Of a stretch of 39,399 nt of DNA, positions 1-10,931 are shown piece after piece. How positions within the stretch are numbered: the first letter of the stretch is position 1; each line of letters opens with the position of its first letter. Origin of the DNA: Paraglomus brasilianum (lineage: Eukaryota). The notes under the pieces are model-generated. The model was given only the letters and a program-made list of their open reading frames with translations, was not told where the DNA came from and did no database searches. A program made the position numbers and the translations under genes. The stretch is taken from NCBI GenBank assembly GCA_910592345.1, contig CAJVPI010000246.1, positions 1 to 39,399 on the forward strand, in the 5' to 3' direction.

Positions 1-113
1 TGTTGCCACCAGGTGTTCTAATACTCGATATCTTCCCTTGATTGTTCCACCTTCTCAATGTTTCAGATGAAATTTCGAATTTCTTGTGCTCCTCGATACT
101 TTATCGTTGACAT
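1..113 (-). mobile_element. 5' fragment of an IS607-family serine recombinase (TnpA) gene, MerR-like HTH region, frameshifted; continues off the left edge
   Basis: The minus strand from ATG 113 reads MSTIKYRGAQEI. After a frameshift it reads HKKFEISSETLRRWNNQGKISSIRTPGGN, open to the window edge. The TLRRW...G.I...RTPGG pattern is the N-terminal HTH signature of IS607 TnpA. It is not in the ORF track. Confidence 0.7.
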
Positions 114-151
114 TATCTTGCTCAAATATGCAAAGCGGACTTATTTATATT

Positions 152-212
152 TGACAAAGAATATTGAATTATCAACAATGATGTAATGATGACAATTCGA
201 TATTCTTTGTCA
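152..212. repeat. Imperfect inverted repeat (26-bp arms, 9-nt loop)
   Basis: TGACAAAGAATATTGAATTATCAACA (152-177) matches the reverse complement of 187-212 (TGACAAAGAATATCGAATTGTCATCA) at 23/26 positions. Confidence 0.85.
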
Positions 213-608
213 TTGATAATCAAAATAATAAATAACAATCAGTAAAATAAATAGCAAATAGAGATTTAATTATTAATATTGCATTGTTTACCAACCGTAT
301 AAACGTAGAAATAGAAAGAAGAATACTAATGCGCGGTTTCCAATTAGCATCCAATCAGATAAACGAAAATTTGTACGCTTAGAGGCTCAGCCACAACACG
401 AATATTGCTACTTCAGACCTGTGATTACTTTAATGTCAGTAGAAAGTAATACGTGGACACTGTTATGGTTGTTTAGTTTTGATGTTGCTCATAGATAAAA
501 ATGTAACGCAAGAATTGAGAGTGTGGAAGCTATTACTATAATATTTGCAGCGGACAGAGAGTAAGGCAAACGTTTCAACATCTCTTGTCGTTTACCCATT
601 CATTGGTG

Positions 609-713
609 CACGTGGTTTACCTTACTAGTATTACATGGGGGAAGGCAAAGAATGTGGTTAACTAGTATGGTTCCCTGTATTAGCGAGGTCCACAGATTTT
701 TTGGATGACGTCA
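609..713 (+). promoter_or_regulatory. Candidate upstream elements of the GPCR gene: E-box CACGTG (609-614), CATGGGGG (634-641), CRE TGACGTCA (706-713)
   Basis: Exact motif matches about 440-540 bp upstream of ATG 1150. Function is inferred only. Confidence 0.3.
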
Positions 714-1149
714 CACGCCAATACTCTTTGTCCGATATTAAATAATTTATAATACTATTTGTAGGACTTTCATTGGTTTGTAAGTTTGTAATTCAAGATA
801 TAACCGCTTCTCTATATTGCTCGTTTATCCTATCCCTATCTTTTGCTGTTCATTTGCAAATAAACCCTACTCGTTCTTCCCAATAGAGTAGTTCATTCTT
901 TTTGTCGTGGCTCGTTTTCTACCTAGACTCACGTATTTGTCTTGCATATTTCACTACATTCTCCGCATTCTTTATTCGTTTTATTTCTTATTGGGGGGAC
1001 TACTTGTATATAGACAACATTGGAATTCATACTCTGTTAATGTGAATTGGCCTTTTCATTTGCACTGTATCATAAAATTCCAATAACCATCATTGCAAGA
1101 ACACTTTACAATACTCGACGCATTTAGCTCAATCTTAATACTCAACCTA

Positions 1150-3338
1150 ATGTACAGTGGACAATACAAACCACGGCCACGACTAAAACTCTTTTCCTCA
1201 CCAGTCCGACCATTCTATCCCCCACGCATTCCCTTCACCATCTACTCTTTTCTTCTTTTACTTCTTCTTTCCACACTTCCACATATAGCGGCTCAAGTTC
1301 CAACAAGCTCCGTTTCTCAAACGCCAAACCCCACAACCTTTATAGTTCCACCTAAAATCAACTACAACAAAACTAATGGTGTATCTAATGGCATATCTGA
1401 AATAGATCCAACCGGCAGTGGAATATTGTTTGTGTCGGGGGTGATCACATCGTTTATGAACATTTTCGGATGTATAGTAATATTCGTATTATCGTATCGT
1501 ACGTCCAAAAAATTACTAGAACCGCTCTCACCAACACAGCGCTTTCCATTATACATGGCAGTGCTAGACCTTCTGACAGCAATATTCATCATCCCTAACT
1601 TGCTATACCCAATGATTCATAATAGGCTTCTACCAGGCGCATGGTGTATAGTCATGGGATTTGGAATGTCAACATTGATTAGCATGAACATGATGTTAAT
1701 GGCCATTATTGCTGTCATTACATATTTGAGTGTCTGTCATAAAAAGACTGGGGCATCCGGGGCTAAAGATTGGGCACTGTTTGCATCTACTATCTTGCCT
1801 TCGCTCTCTATAGCTGTTATCACTTTGGCAATGAACGGATATGGACCTGATACTTTTTGGTAAGTAAAAGAGAGATCAGATGGAAAGTTTCTTGGGTATC
1901 AGTGTATTTTTATAACCTTATAGTATTAAATAAGCGCATATTCAAGCGTGATACAAGTGCTTGTAAAGAACAATGTATTAACGTATTATCTACTGGCATT
2001 TGTTGCAGGTGCTTTACTCAACGCTCGGCGTCTGGGAGTCAAGTAAATCTTGTCGCAATGGTTGCTTTTGCATATATCGTGACAGCCGTAACGACGTTCT
2101 GCTATCTGAACGTAATAAAACGAATTCACAATGTAGAATCACTGTTATCCGCTGGAATCCTTAAAAAGTCGCCTAAATCCATGTCACGACGCACTTCAGA
2201 CATACCGATGTACAACCTTAATTCCCCGAGTATAAGCGAGAGACATGATGAGAGGAGAAATAGTCGATACACCAACAAATCCGCATCATACCAAGATTTA
2301 AGCCTACCAGCAGTCTTAATGGCCTCTACCGTGCATAGAAATTTGACAAAAGCCGAGAAGCGAATCGCTTTTAAAGTAACTCGCGCTACACGCAGAATGT
2401 CGTCTTATATCTTCCTACAATTGATCCAGTACACGCCAGTGATTATATACTGTTTATGTTTGCTGGTAGGTGCGAACGCAGCATGGGTGTATGTTTTAAC
2501 GATCACGATTCTAAATCTTGGTGGAGTAGCGAAAGCTATTGCGTACGTACGGAACGAGCATATGACATTGAAACAATCGGCTGTGAATCCGTCAAAAGAA
2601 AATGCATCACCAGAGCATAGCAAAAGGACTGCACTTCGTCCAATATCATCTTCAATGTATGAAAGTTCGAGGGAGTACTTGTCTCCTATGACGAGTACGT
2701 TTAAATCAGGCAGTTCGATTAGTTTTACGTCATCTGTTGGAGAGTATAGTGATGATGGGTCGAACGGAATGATTCCGATTATTTTATCGCCAACAGTTAG
2801 TGAAATGTCAACGCTGACTTCCGCACGGACTCTACGAGAAGGCGATAGGTATTCCGATAACTATTACGATAACTATTCCGATAGGTATTCTGGTAGATAC
2901 TCCGATAGGTACTCTAGCGGATACTCTAATAGGTACTCCGACGATCGGTCCACTGTAGCCACTACAGTAGATTATCCGCTCTCTCCAGTTCCGCCCTCTC
3001 CAGTCTCTTCCTGTTCAGCTCCACTCTCCCCAGTCTCTTTTTATTCAGTACCACACTCTCCAGCCCCATCCTCTCCAGCCCTATCCTCTCCCCTCCTTGG
3101 AATATTTCCTCGGCCTCAAACTGCGGTTCTAGCCCACCGATCCACTGCAACAGTGATGAATGTTGTCTGGAACCGTAGCGGTGATAGTTCTGAATCCGCT
3201 AATGCAGTCAACCGTCCGGTGGAAGAAGGATATATTCACGTGGACGAAGAGAAGGTGGATCCATTTTTGCATTCTGGATGGACTGAAGTTGAGGATGAGA
3301 ACGAGAGTATTGCTGACAATGATGAAGACCGTATGTGA
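1150..3338 (+). CDS. 7TM G-protein-coupled receptor, Git3/Gpr1/cAMP-receptor-like, about 679 aa; exons 1150-1859 and 2009-3338
   Basis: The intron GTAAGT (1860)...TTGCAG (2008) joins two ORFs to give YGPDTFW-CF. The protein has a hydrophobic leader and seven hydrophobic helices, Cys at the top of TM3 and in ECL2, a long ICL3, a TM7 GGxxKAxxY motif and a Ser-rich C-tail. Confidence 0.82.
2844..2939 (+). repeat. Coding 12-bp tandem repeat x8, (D/G/S/N)(R/N/G)Y(S/Y)
   Basis: GATAGGTATTCC-like units encode DRYS DNYY DNYS DRYS GRYS DRYS SGYS NRYS. Confidence 0.9.
2976..3095 (+). repeat. Coding 15-bp degenerate tandem repeat x8, PxSPV/A
   Basis: Encodes PLSPV PPSPV SSCSA PLSPV SFYSV PHSPA PSSPA LSSPL. 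Confidence 0.8.
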
Positions 3339-6211
3339 ATGGAAATATGTCGTATGAGCTAATAGCGAGCGTTTTTGATGCATAGTTATCGGAATACTTT
3401 AGGGATTTTTTATTCATTGTGGACATTTGGGGTTCTCCATTGTGAAATACATTATTCAGAACAGCTAAGTGAACATTAAACCTTCGTTCATTGAACGTTA
3501 CTTGTACTTGTATTTACGATTTTCGTTGATTGTAAAATAAATATTGTGATTGATATGCTGGTAACTCTCGTCAAAATCTTCTCTTTGGATTGAAAGAGCT
3601 TTTGAATGGTTCCAGAGTTTCGAATTCCTTTATTTACGTGGCATTTGTAGTAGTAATGTTAAGAATATAATTGTGACAACATCTAACAAGTCTAAGTTAG
3701 ACAAGGATGTCTAATATTGAGCGACCCGCTACACGTGCTTCTTACTATAGTCGAGTATTCAGTAGCTCATCAAATTTAACAAACAGGTCGATAATAATAG
3801 TAAATTGGCACTTTTAGCTTCTAGCGATATTTTTAGAAAAAGCTAAACGCACTGACAACTATTGTACGACTAATGGAGCAGAAATTCCGTAATATGCATT
3901 CGGTAAATTCGTGAGACAATCTAAAATTAAGTTCGAATTCGTGTACCGGCGTTTGAAATACAAATAAATTACCTTGTTATGCAAGCATCCAAAAGGGACG
4001 ATCTTTATCATCCACATAGTTTCTCTCAAAATGTCAGATATACAATGTCTTATGTGCGCCAAGCTTGAATTGCTAATCAGTGATGCAATTAAGTACCCAC
4101 GAAATCTATAAAATTATTGTACGATATCAATTTAAAATTGTACATACCAGGAACGACAAAGCATCTTTGTATGCCATTAAAAATTGCTAGCAAGCCCTAT
4201 ATTATTTTATTCATAAACAATTCTTTGTACCAGTAATATGTGACATTCTCATGTATTCAAGCTAATAAGAGGTTTCAAGTTTTAACGATATGTAGAGACG
4301 CGTTATACTACAAGACGTACTGCATATTAATATAGACAGTGAATTAGATACGATGTACGCTTGCTTACGAAGAAGTATCGTTGAGCGGCAATTCGTTCGC
4401 AGGATCAATCATCACTCATTCGCAACAAAGAAGGGTTTGAAATCATCGGTGCTCTTCTGCCTAGCGTGTGGCATAATAATAATTGTAACTTACTTAACTA
4501 GGCCCATGCTGTATGTTACATCCTCATTATTCATGCAATGTTTCATACAATGGAAACATTCCGGATATCGTAGAGAGAATGTTGATAGGCCACATAAACC
4601 TAAATTCATATAGGCATAATAATAATTTAAAAAATGAATCGACTGATATATCGTATACGAACAACAGTCAAGCAAGAAACAACATTCATTTTCAATCTCC
4701 ATCCAGACATCAGTATCGAATACTGTACCCGTATGTTATAACCATGACGGAAATTATCTCCGTATTTTTCATACTGCGGACGCCGAGTCATCATGGGTTT
4801 GACTTGGGTCAGATTTTGGGGGATTTTGGGGATTGTATTTTCTCTTTACTTTGGTATAATCGGCCAATAATAATTCTCAGTCACACGACATTTGTTTGCA
4901 TTTGAACTACCAATCGACAGCATTTTGGGGTCGGAACATTTGTTCGTTACCTCCGGAAAACAATAATAGCTTCCCACTCACAAAGAAATCGGAATGACAT
5001 GAAAGGTATGTATATATAAAGTAAGGTCAAGCATGAATATCAAATTTGAGTGAACGTTTAGTGTGATATCGTCACCATTTTGATGGAGACGTTTGACAAT
5101 ATCATTACACAAAATATAGGTCTGTATGTATTGGGAGTAGAGATTATTGGATCATATTGTCCTGTCTGCTGCAGGAGATTACGTATTTTGGTATCAACGA
5201 AATAAATATTCTTTATGCTCAATTTGTTTGATGAAAATGAAAGGGGAATAAAAGAATTATTATTAGTTCATACAAACACATGGGGGGTGGTGAAATATTT
5301 GTAAATATATACGCAAACCTATGCAGCTTTAAGTAAGCGTATTTATTCCGTATTCTTTTCTTAATCATAAAATCGAACAATTATGCTTTCAGGCATTGTA
5401 CTTCCGCAGCATAAATCGGATTATTCGTGGGCTGAATCCAAAAACTAATTTGGTTTGATACTATTGTAGAAGAAATTGAATGAAAAAAAAAAATTGAAAA
5501 AAAAAGAAGATTAAAATCACATATCATAATATAGAATGATCGACAAATAATATCGTGTAACTAATCAGATTTAATTTTAGTCAATCAGGTGAAAAAAAAA
5601 AAAAAAGAAAAAGAGAAGAATGAAAAAAGGATAATGATGTAATTGTGAGATATAAATATAAAAAGTAACCCGGATCAAGGACGCCGAACAGACGTGCGTT
5701 TGACAATAACAAAAGTAAATAATTTAAATGACGCATTACACAACGCAAATTTCGAATTTCATAGACAGTTCCAAATATATCATTCAATAAATACATGATA
5801 TTTGCTCATGTATCTGTTAATGGTAGATAAATGCAATCATATTCAAATAATTGGTCCTGTCTGCCCGCCTGCGCAATATGCCAAAGTTTTGATATGGAAA
5901 TGTATGTCAACGCAGTCTATACGCTCAATGAACGAATTGATACATTCGCGGCATGATTGGACAATGTTTATTAAAAGAGAACCGTCTTCATCAGTAATGT
6001 TTACAATAATCGTTAAGAGTACAATGCACAGCAACGCTATTGCAAAAGCTTAACAAAGCATAGAGTACATATTGTAAATGATTGTTTGCCGTCTGCGGAA
6101 ACGAGGTCAAAAATCGATATAAGTATCCGCTCTGCAAGTGCTGAACAGTATCGCTCTCTCGTATAGTGCGAGAATAAAAAAACCCTATCGTTTGATCTTT
6201 GCATACACATA

Positions 6212-6613
6212 ATGCCGTCCTCGCCCGCACGTCGCAGACAGGCACGCAAAGAACGTCGTACAAAGCCGCCACGCCCTTTGAATGCATTCTTTCTGTTTCG
6301 CGAAGACTTTCGGAAGCGAAATGGGGATTTGCGTCAACAGGAAGTCTCGAAAAAGGCATCTGAAGCATGGCGTTTGCTACCTGCGAATGAAAGACAACGT
6401 TATAAACGCTTAGCAGAGAGGCAAGCCAACTTCCACGAAAACACGCCATTGTATAATCAAAACACGCTCAACGATGGCAACTCAAATAACCGAACAACCA
6501 ATTATGGCGCGCAGACGTATTTTAGTTACGGCGTTCCAAACGAAATTGAATTTATAGTTGAGGAGCCTAATTCAAGTCAGAGCTCCTCTCCTTCGTCCAA
6601 CCAAACGCCGTAA
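6212..6613 (+). CDS. MATA-type HMG-box transcription factor (copy 1), 133 aa, intronless
   Basis: PPRPLNAFFLFR...QQEVSKKASEAWRLLPANERQRYKRLAE is an HMG box of the MATA_HMG/SOX class. The C-terminal YPxYxYxP motif is degenerate. Confidence 0.9.
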   Translation: MPSSPARRRQARKERRTKPPRPLNAFFLFREDFRKRNGDLRQQEVSKKASEAWRLLPANERQRYKRLAERQANFHENTPLYNQNTLNDGNSNNRTTNYGAQTYFSYGVPNEIEFIVEEPNSSQSSSPSSNQTP

Positions 6614-6697
6614 TATGTACTTACACGTTTTAAGAAAAAAACCAGCGGAAAAACTCGTCGCATTTTCGATTTTCGTCGTTTCGATCTCGTGTTTCTC

Positions 6698-6742
6698 TTT
6701 TTTTTTTTGTTTTTGTTTTTTTTTTTTTTATTTTTTTTTTTT
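6698..6742 (+). repeat. Poly(T) tract in the HMG copy 1 3' region
   Basis: About 45 nt that are nearly all T. Confidence 0.9.
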
Positions 6743-9700
6743 ACCTTTTCTATGCTAGCTAGCATTATGGTTTATGCTTACTATGTAAGGCCTTCTATGA
6801 CAATCTAACGTCAAAGGGAGCTTTTTAGCACAAGTTTAATTTGGTTGTTAGGTTGCCTATTATGAAAATAAAATAGATAAAAGTATTGTTTACAACTTCT
6901 GTATTCTCAACAATAACGTTCCAAACACACATTCGAAAATTTTGTATACAGGAAAGTTCAAGCGTAACTAAACGACGTTTTGCATTTAGAACTTTCTGAA
7001 AAAAGTACTATAATAAACTGTTAGACAACTCAACAAAATTTTTAGCTTCTTGACGTGTTTGATAATCTATCTATCAAGTCAATGCGATTGACTATTATCG
7101 CATATTTGGTAGAAAGGCTCTAATACCAACTTGTCGTCATTCAAGTGTGCGTGCAAATGCTAGCAATCATGCCGGACACAGGTAATGGGCTTGATACCGT
7201 CCGTAAGGAAGTGACACTGAAAAAACTGGTTACAGCGCGTGGAAATAATAAAAGATCGATATTATGCATTTATACATGTTTAATATACAAGCGAAATAAA
7301 AGTCTGTTCACAAAAACTTATACATCAATAATTAAAATCTTTGATTAAAAATATTCTTGTTTATACATAAGTTATCTCTGTTCATACGTATGGTCCAAAT
7401 CATGTCCTCTACTATTTAAAACTATATTCAAAAAAATATTGGCTAGGACACGGAGCCATGGGTGTGCTCCACTTCTGACTCGTCCCCGTAAAGACTCTCG
7501 CACAGGCAATCCGGTTCTCTACGTGGCCTTTTACTCTTCCTTATTTCACTGCCTTAATATGTTCTTACTGACGGTAAGCAAGTAAGACGTCTCCCTGAAG
7601 GGTTAAAAGAGATGCCAACATCGGTAGCGACTATCGCTTGCTGGACTGACCATGAATAAAATAGCAAAGCCATTATTATATGACATTATAGTAAAGAAAG
7701 AAATTTCTCAAATATGAGTTTTTCAGCTACTATTACCTTTATACTCTTGGTAAATAATAACCAACACATTCCACGCTACTAACAACGAAACGTACAGGCA
7801 GACGTTATATTGGAAATTACAATATGGACGTTATCTGTTTAATTTGTGATGGAGAAGATGACTCAAAATACCCGACAGAGAGAGAAGGGTTTTTAACTTT
7901 GGTATACAAACTGTTAGATGAATATAAATATCCTCCATGTCTACTATGTTCAAATACTTTAGCATATGTACTCATGGTACAAGTATTGGTAAGTTAACTT
8001 ATTCAAAAATAATACTTAAAAATAGTACCAAAGGCGTAAATTCAGGACAGCTTTATGACATTACTGGTGATTAATTTAAAAGCTAGTTAACCCAAATGCA
8101 AGGCTTAAAATGCATATTCTACAACAACACACAGTTCAACATTCACGTTCTGCTGGAATAGGTATTGATTAATGGTGGTATTATGTTTATAAAAGCGCAT
8201 CTAATCCAGTATCTTTGTCAGCCAAGTCTTTCAATTATTCAGTCACGCTGCAATAACTTTGCCTTTATTGGGTTAGACCGTATTATTACTATTATGAGGA
8301 CAATATCCTTTGCTTTCTAGACTGGGAGTAAAAGGTGGCTCTTTAGACCATGCGAAAACTTGGTTGCTCCACAATCATTTATCGACTGACCTACAAAACC
8401 CTACAACTTGACAATGGATTAAACTAAATATCGTGAAATATACAACTTCATAATATGTAATTAATATTCAACTTTGGATAGACCTTGGCGTTATAGATTT
8501 GCTCCACAAAGTTTTTTTTTTTTGCTTTGAAACGATTTGGAGTCATTATTGATATTATTATACTGGGCACTGTTATACGTTACAACGATTAGGGGTTAAA
8601 CTTTATTTATTATATCTATCATATCGTTTGTCGCCGGAAGAGATTATAAAGTCTTGTCTCTCTATGTCCTTCAAGTTGTGTTATTAAACAATTGTAAGAT
8701 CAAACACGGGGTTCTATCAGTCTAAACCAAGAATATACGCCTATGGTCCTGATTGTTACTCGAAAATAATAATGGTTACAAAAATAGCAGATAATGATAA
8801 GATTCCGAATGTTTACTGTTTATGTTGCTCTCTTGCCACTTTGCAATACTTTGGAGTCCTTTACGAACTTAATCTAATGATAATGGATACAAAATAGATG
8901 TTTCAGGACATCACTGATGTGGTTAATGTTTATGGTTACATGTAAACAAAAACATTCACACAAGTCGTCTTTGAGAAGAGTGTATGTATCTTTTAGCCAG
9001 AAGATTGCAAACTATAAGACGAACAGCTTCTTATTCTTACTAACTATCGTAATATACAAGCCTAATCGTGCTGTCGTCTAATAAGGATTTCCGAGACATG
9101 TTTTCTATGTTTAGAATGTTCGACTACACAAAAGTAATTATAATTTAACCATGACGGAAAAACTCCTTGAGCTACAGTGAAACTTTTAATTGTTGACAAA
9201 GCCTATTATTAGTCATCAACTACGCTGTTTTACCAGTCCATTTAGCAATAGAAACTTGCAGGATTGTCCGAAGGTTGATATTAATAAACGCTATCGTTAG
9301 AGAGTTTAATGCTTTAAAAGTGTCTCACAAAGTGTCACAAAGTCATCCTGACTTTACTGAGAGCAAATAGGCGGTAGTCTGATAGTAAAGCCAGTTTCGT
9401 GAATACCGAATATTTGATACGATAAATAAATATACTCGTGTTCGTAGACAAACGTCCACAGAGCATCTGTTTAACTATGGGGGGCAGTAAGAGATTAACA
9501 CGGTCTACGCGAGTAAAACAAATGCATAAGACTTAATTAGAAGCTGATTGCAATTTCGAGAATGATAGCCATTGGTGTAGGCATAGATGGAGCTTCGGAA
9601 TAACCGAGTAGCATTGACCAAAGGATTGTTGAAACCAGAGACTACGGACTGTGCGTTGTTGCAATTCGACATAGATATGTCTAGTTCGAACAGCTGTAAT

Positions 9701-10931
9701 TGGTCTCCTCGTGAAGCAGATAGGAGACAATTATCGATGTTAGATTGATGAACTTGGAAAGTCGTATAGACGTTATCATGCATTATCTTTGATCGATCGA
9801 TCAGATTGATTGCTGATTATGCTTGAAGCAATTGACATGTAGCACGATCCATCAGTATGATGCATGTCAAAGGAAAAAATCGGAAGACTCATGAAAGTTG
9901 GTTTGTCATGCAAACCAATCAAGCAATTACTGATCTCTTCTTGTAACAATCCTTTTTTCTGTAACAAGACGAATAATGGATAAACAAATATTCCTCGCAT
10001 CAATGGACGTTTTAAAATAATTTCGTCATACCTTTGTGGCTGAATCTTACCTATTCTAGATAAATTCACGTGAAGTCACATTCCCGCCCATTTTTTTCCT
10101 TGTGAAAATTCGATCATTGTCATCAGTAAACGCATGGGCGATTCAAAGACACTGTGCCAAACAAAGGTTTCTATGCTAGCCCGAAATAGCGCAGCACAAT
10201 GGCTATTTAATCATGGCAATTGATTGTATTTATAGCGTACGTACGAAACCCTTATGCACCACCCATTTAGCAAAGCAATGCGAATGCATTCTAAATGCAT
10301 TTACAAAACAGGAATACTTACTTATATATCCCTTACCATTTATGTCATCACTGCATACAAAATCGTTCACAATTATCAAACCGCGAGATGAAGAACTTTC
10401 GCTAACTAATATTATGTGATCCATTCATTAGCAGATATGCAGGGTCCTGTCAATGTGTTTCCATGATTATCAACCTGTTTATTGTGTGAAACGGTTCGTT
10501 CCTTGTTACACAGCCAAAAATATTCGTGCCACAAATTTGCCTCTGTTGTCTATACGTAGTATGTAAAGCTACTGCAATGAAGAGGTAGTTCGATGAAATG
10601 GCGGCATTTTTTGTCACACGGATGATTTCCAAACATTTTCATATGTGTGCTACTTCATAGGCAGCGGCTTTCACAGCAATAAAGGAGATTTAATGGAACT
10701 TTCAAAATTTTTCATGGGGGGTTTCAAATCCTCTATATAATAGACGGTGATCCGTCTTACATGATTGCATACATAAATCGAAAACGTCACAAAAAAAAAA
10801 TATCCTCACTCTCTTAAATCATCGTCATTGTCGAATCGTTGACTTCGTAGTTCGCAGCTTCGTACTAATTGTAACCACGGCTTTGAATATCGCATAAACC
10901 TTCTATCGCAATTTTTATAAATACAAATAAT

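Noticed and set aside
2844..2939. CRISPR-like array
   Set aside because: These are contiguous in-frame coding repeats without spacers, in a eukaryotic gene.
4353..4905. Possible third, decayed HMG gene (fragments SVWH and AHA/MLHPHYS)
   Set aside because: There is no RPxNAF motif, and the similarity needs several ad hoc frameshifts.
4739..9160. 15-bp exact match TAACCATGACGGAAA upstream of both HMG genes
   Set aside because: The flanks do not align, and a few matches of this length are expected by chance in 39 kb of AT-rich DNA.
9930..10015. KRPL...QEEIS resembling an HMG box on the minus strand
   Set aside because: The conserved FxxF/YR and Trp residues are absent, and the segment looks intron-like.
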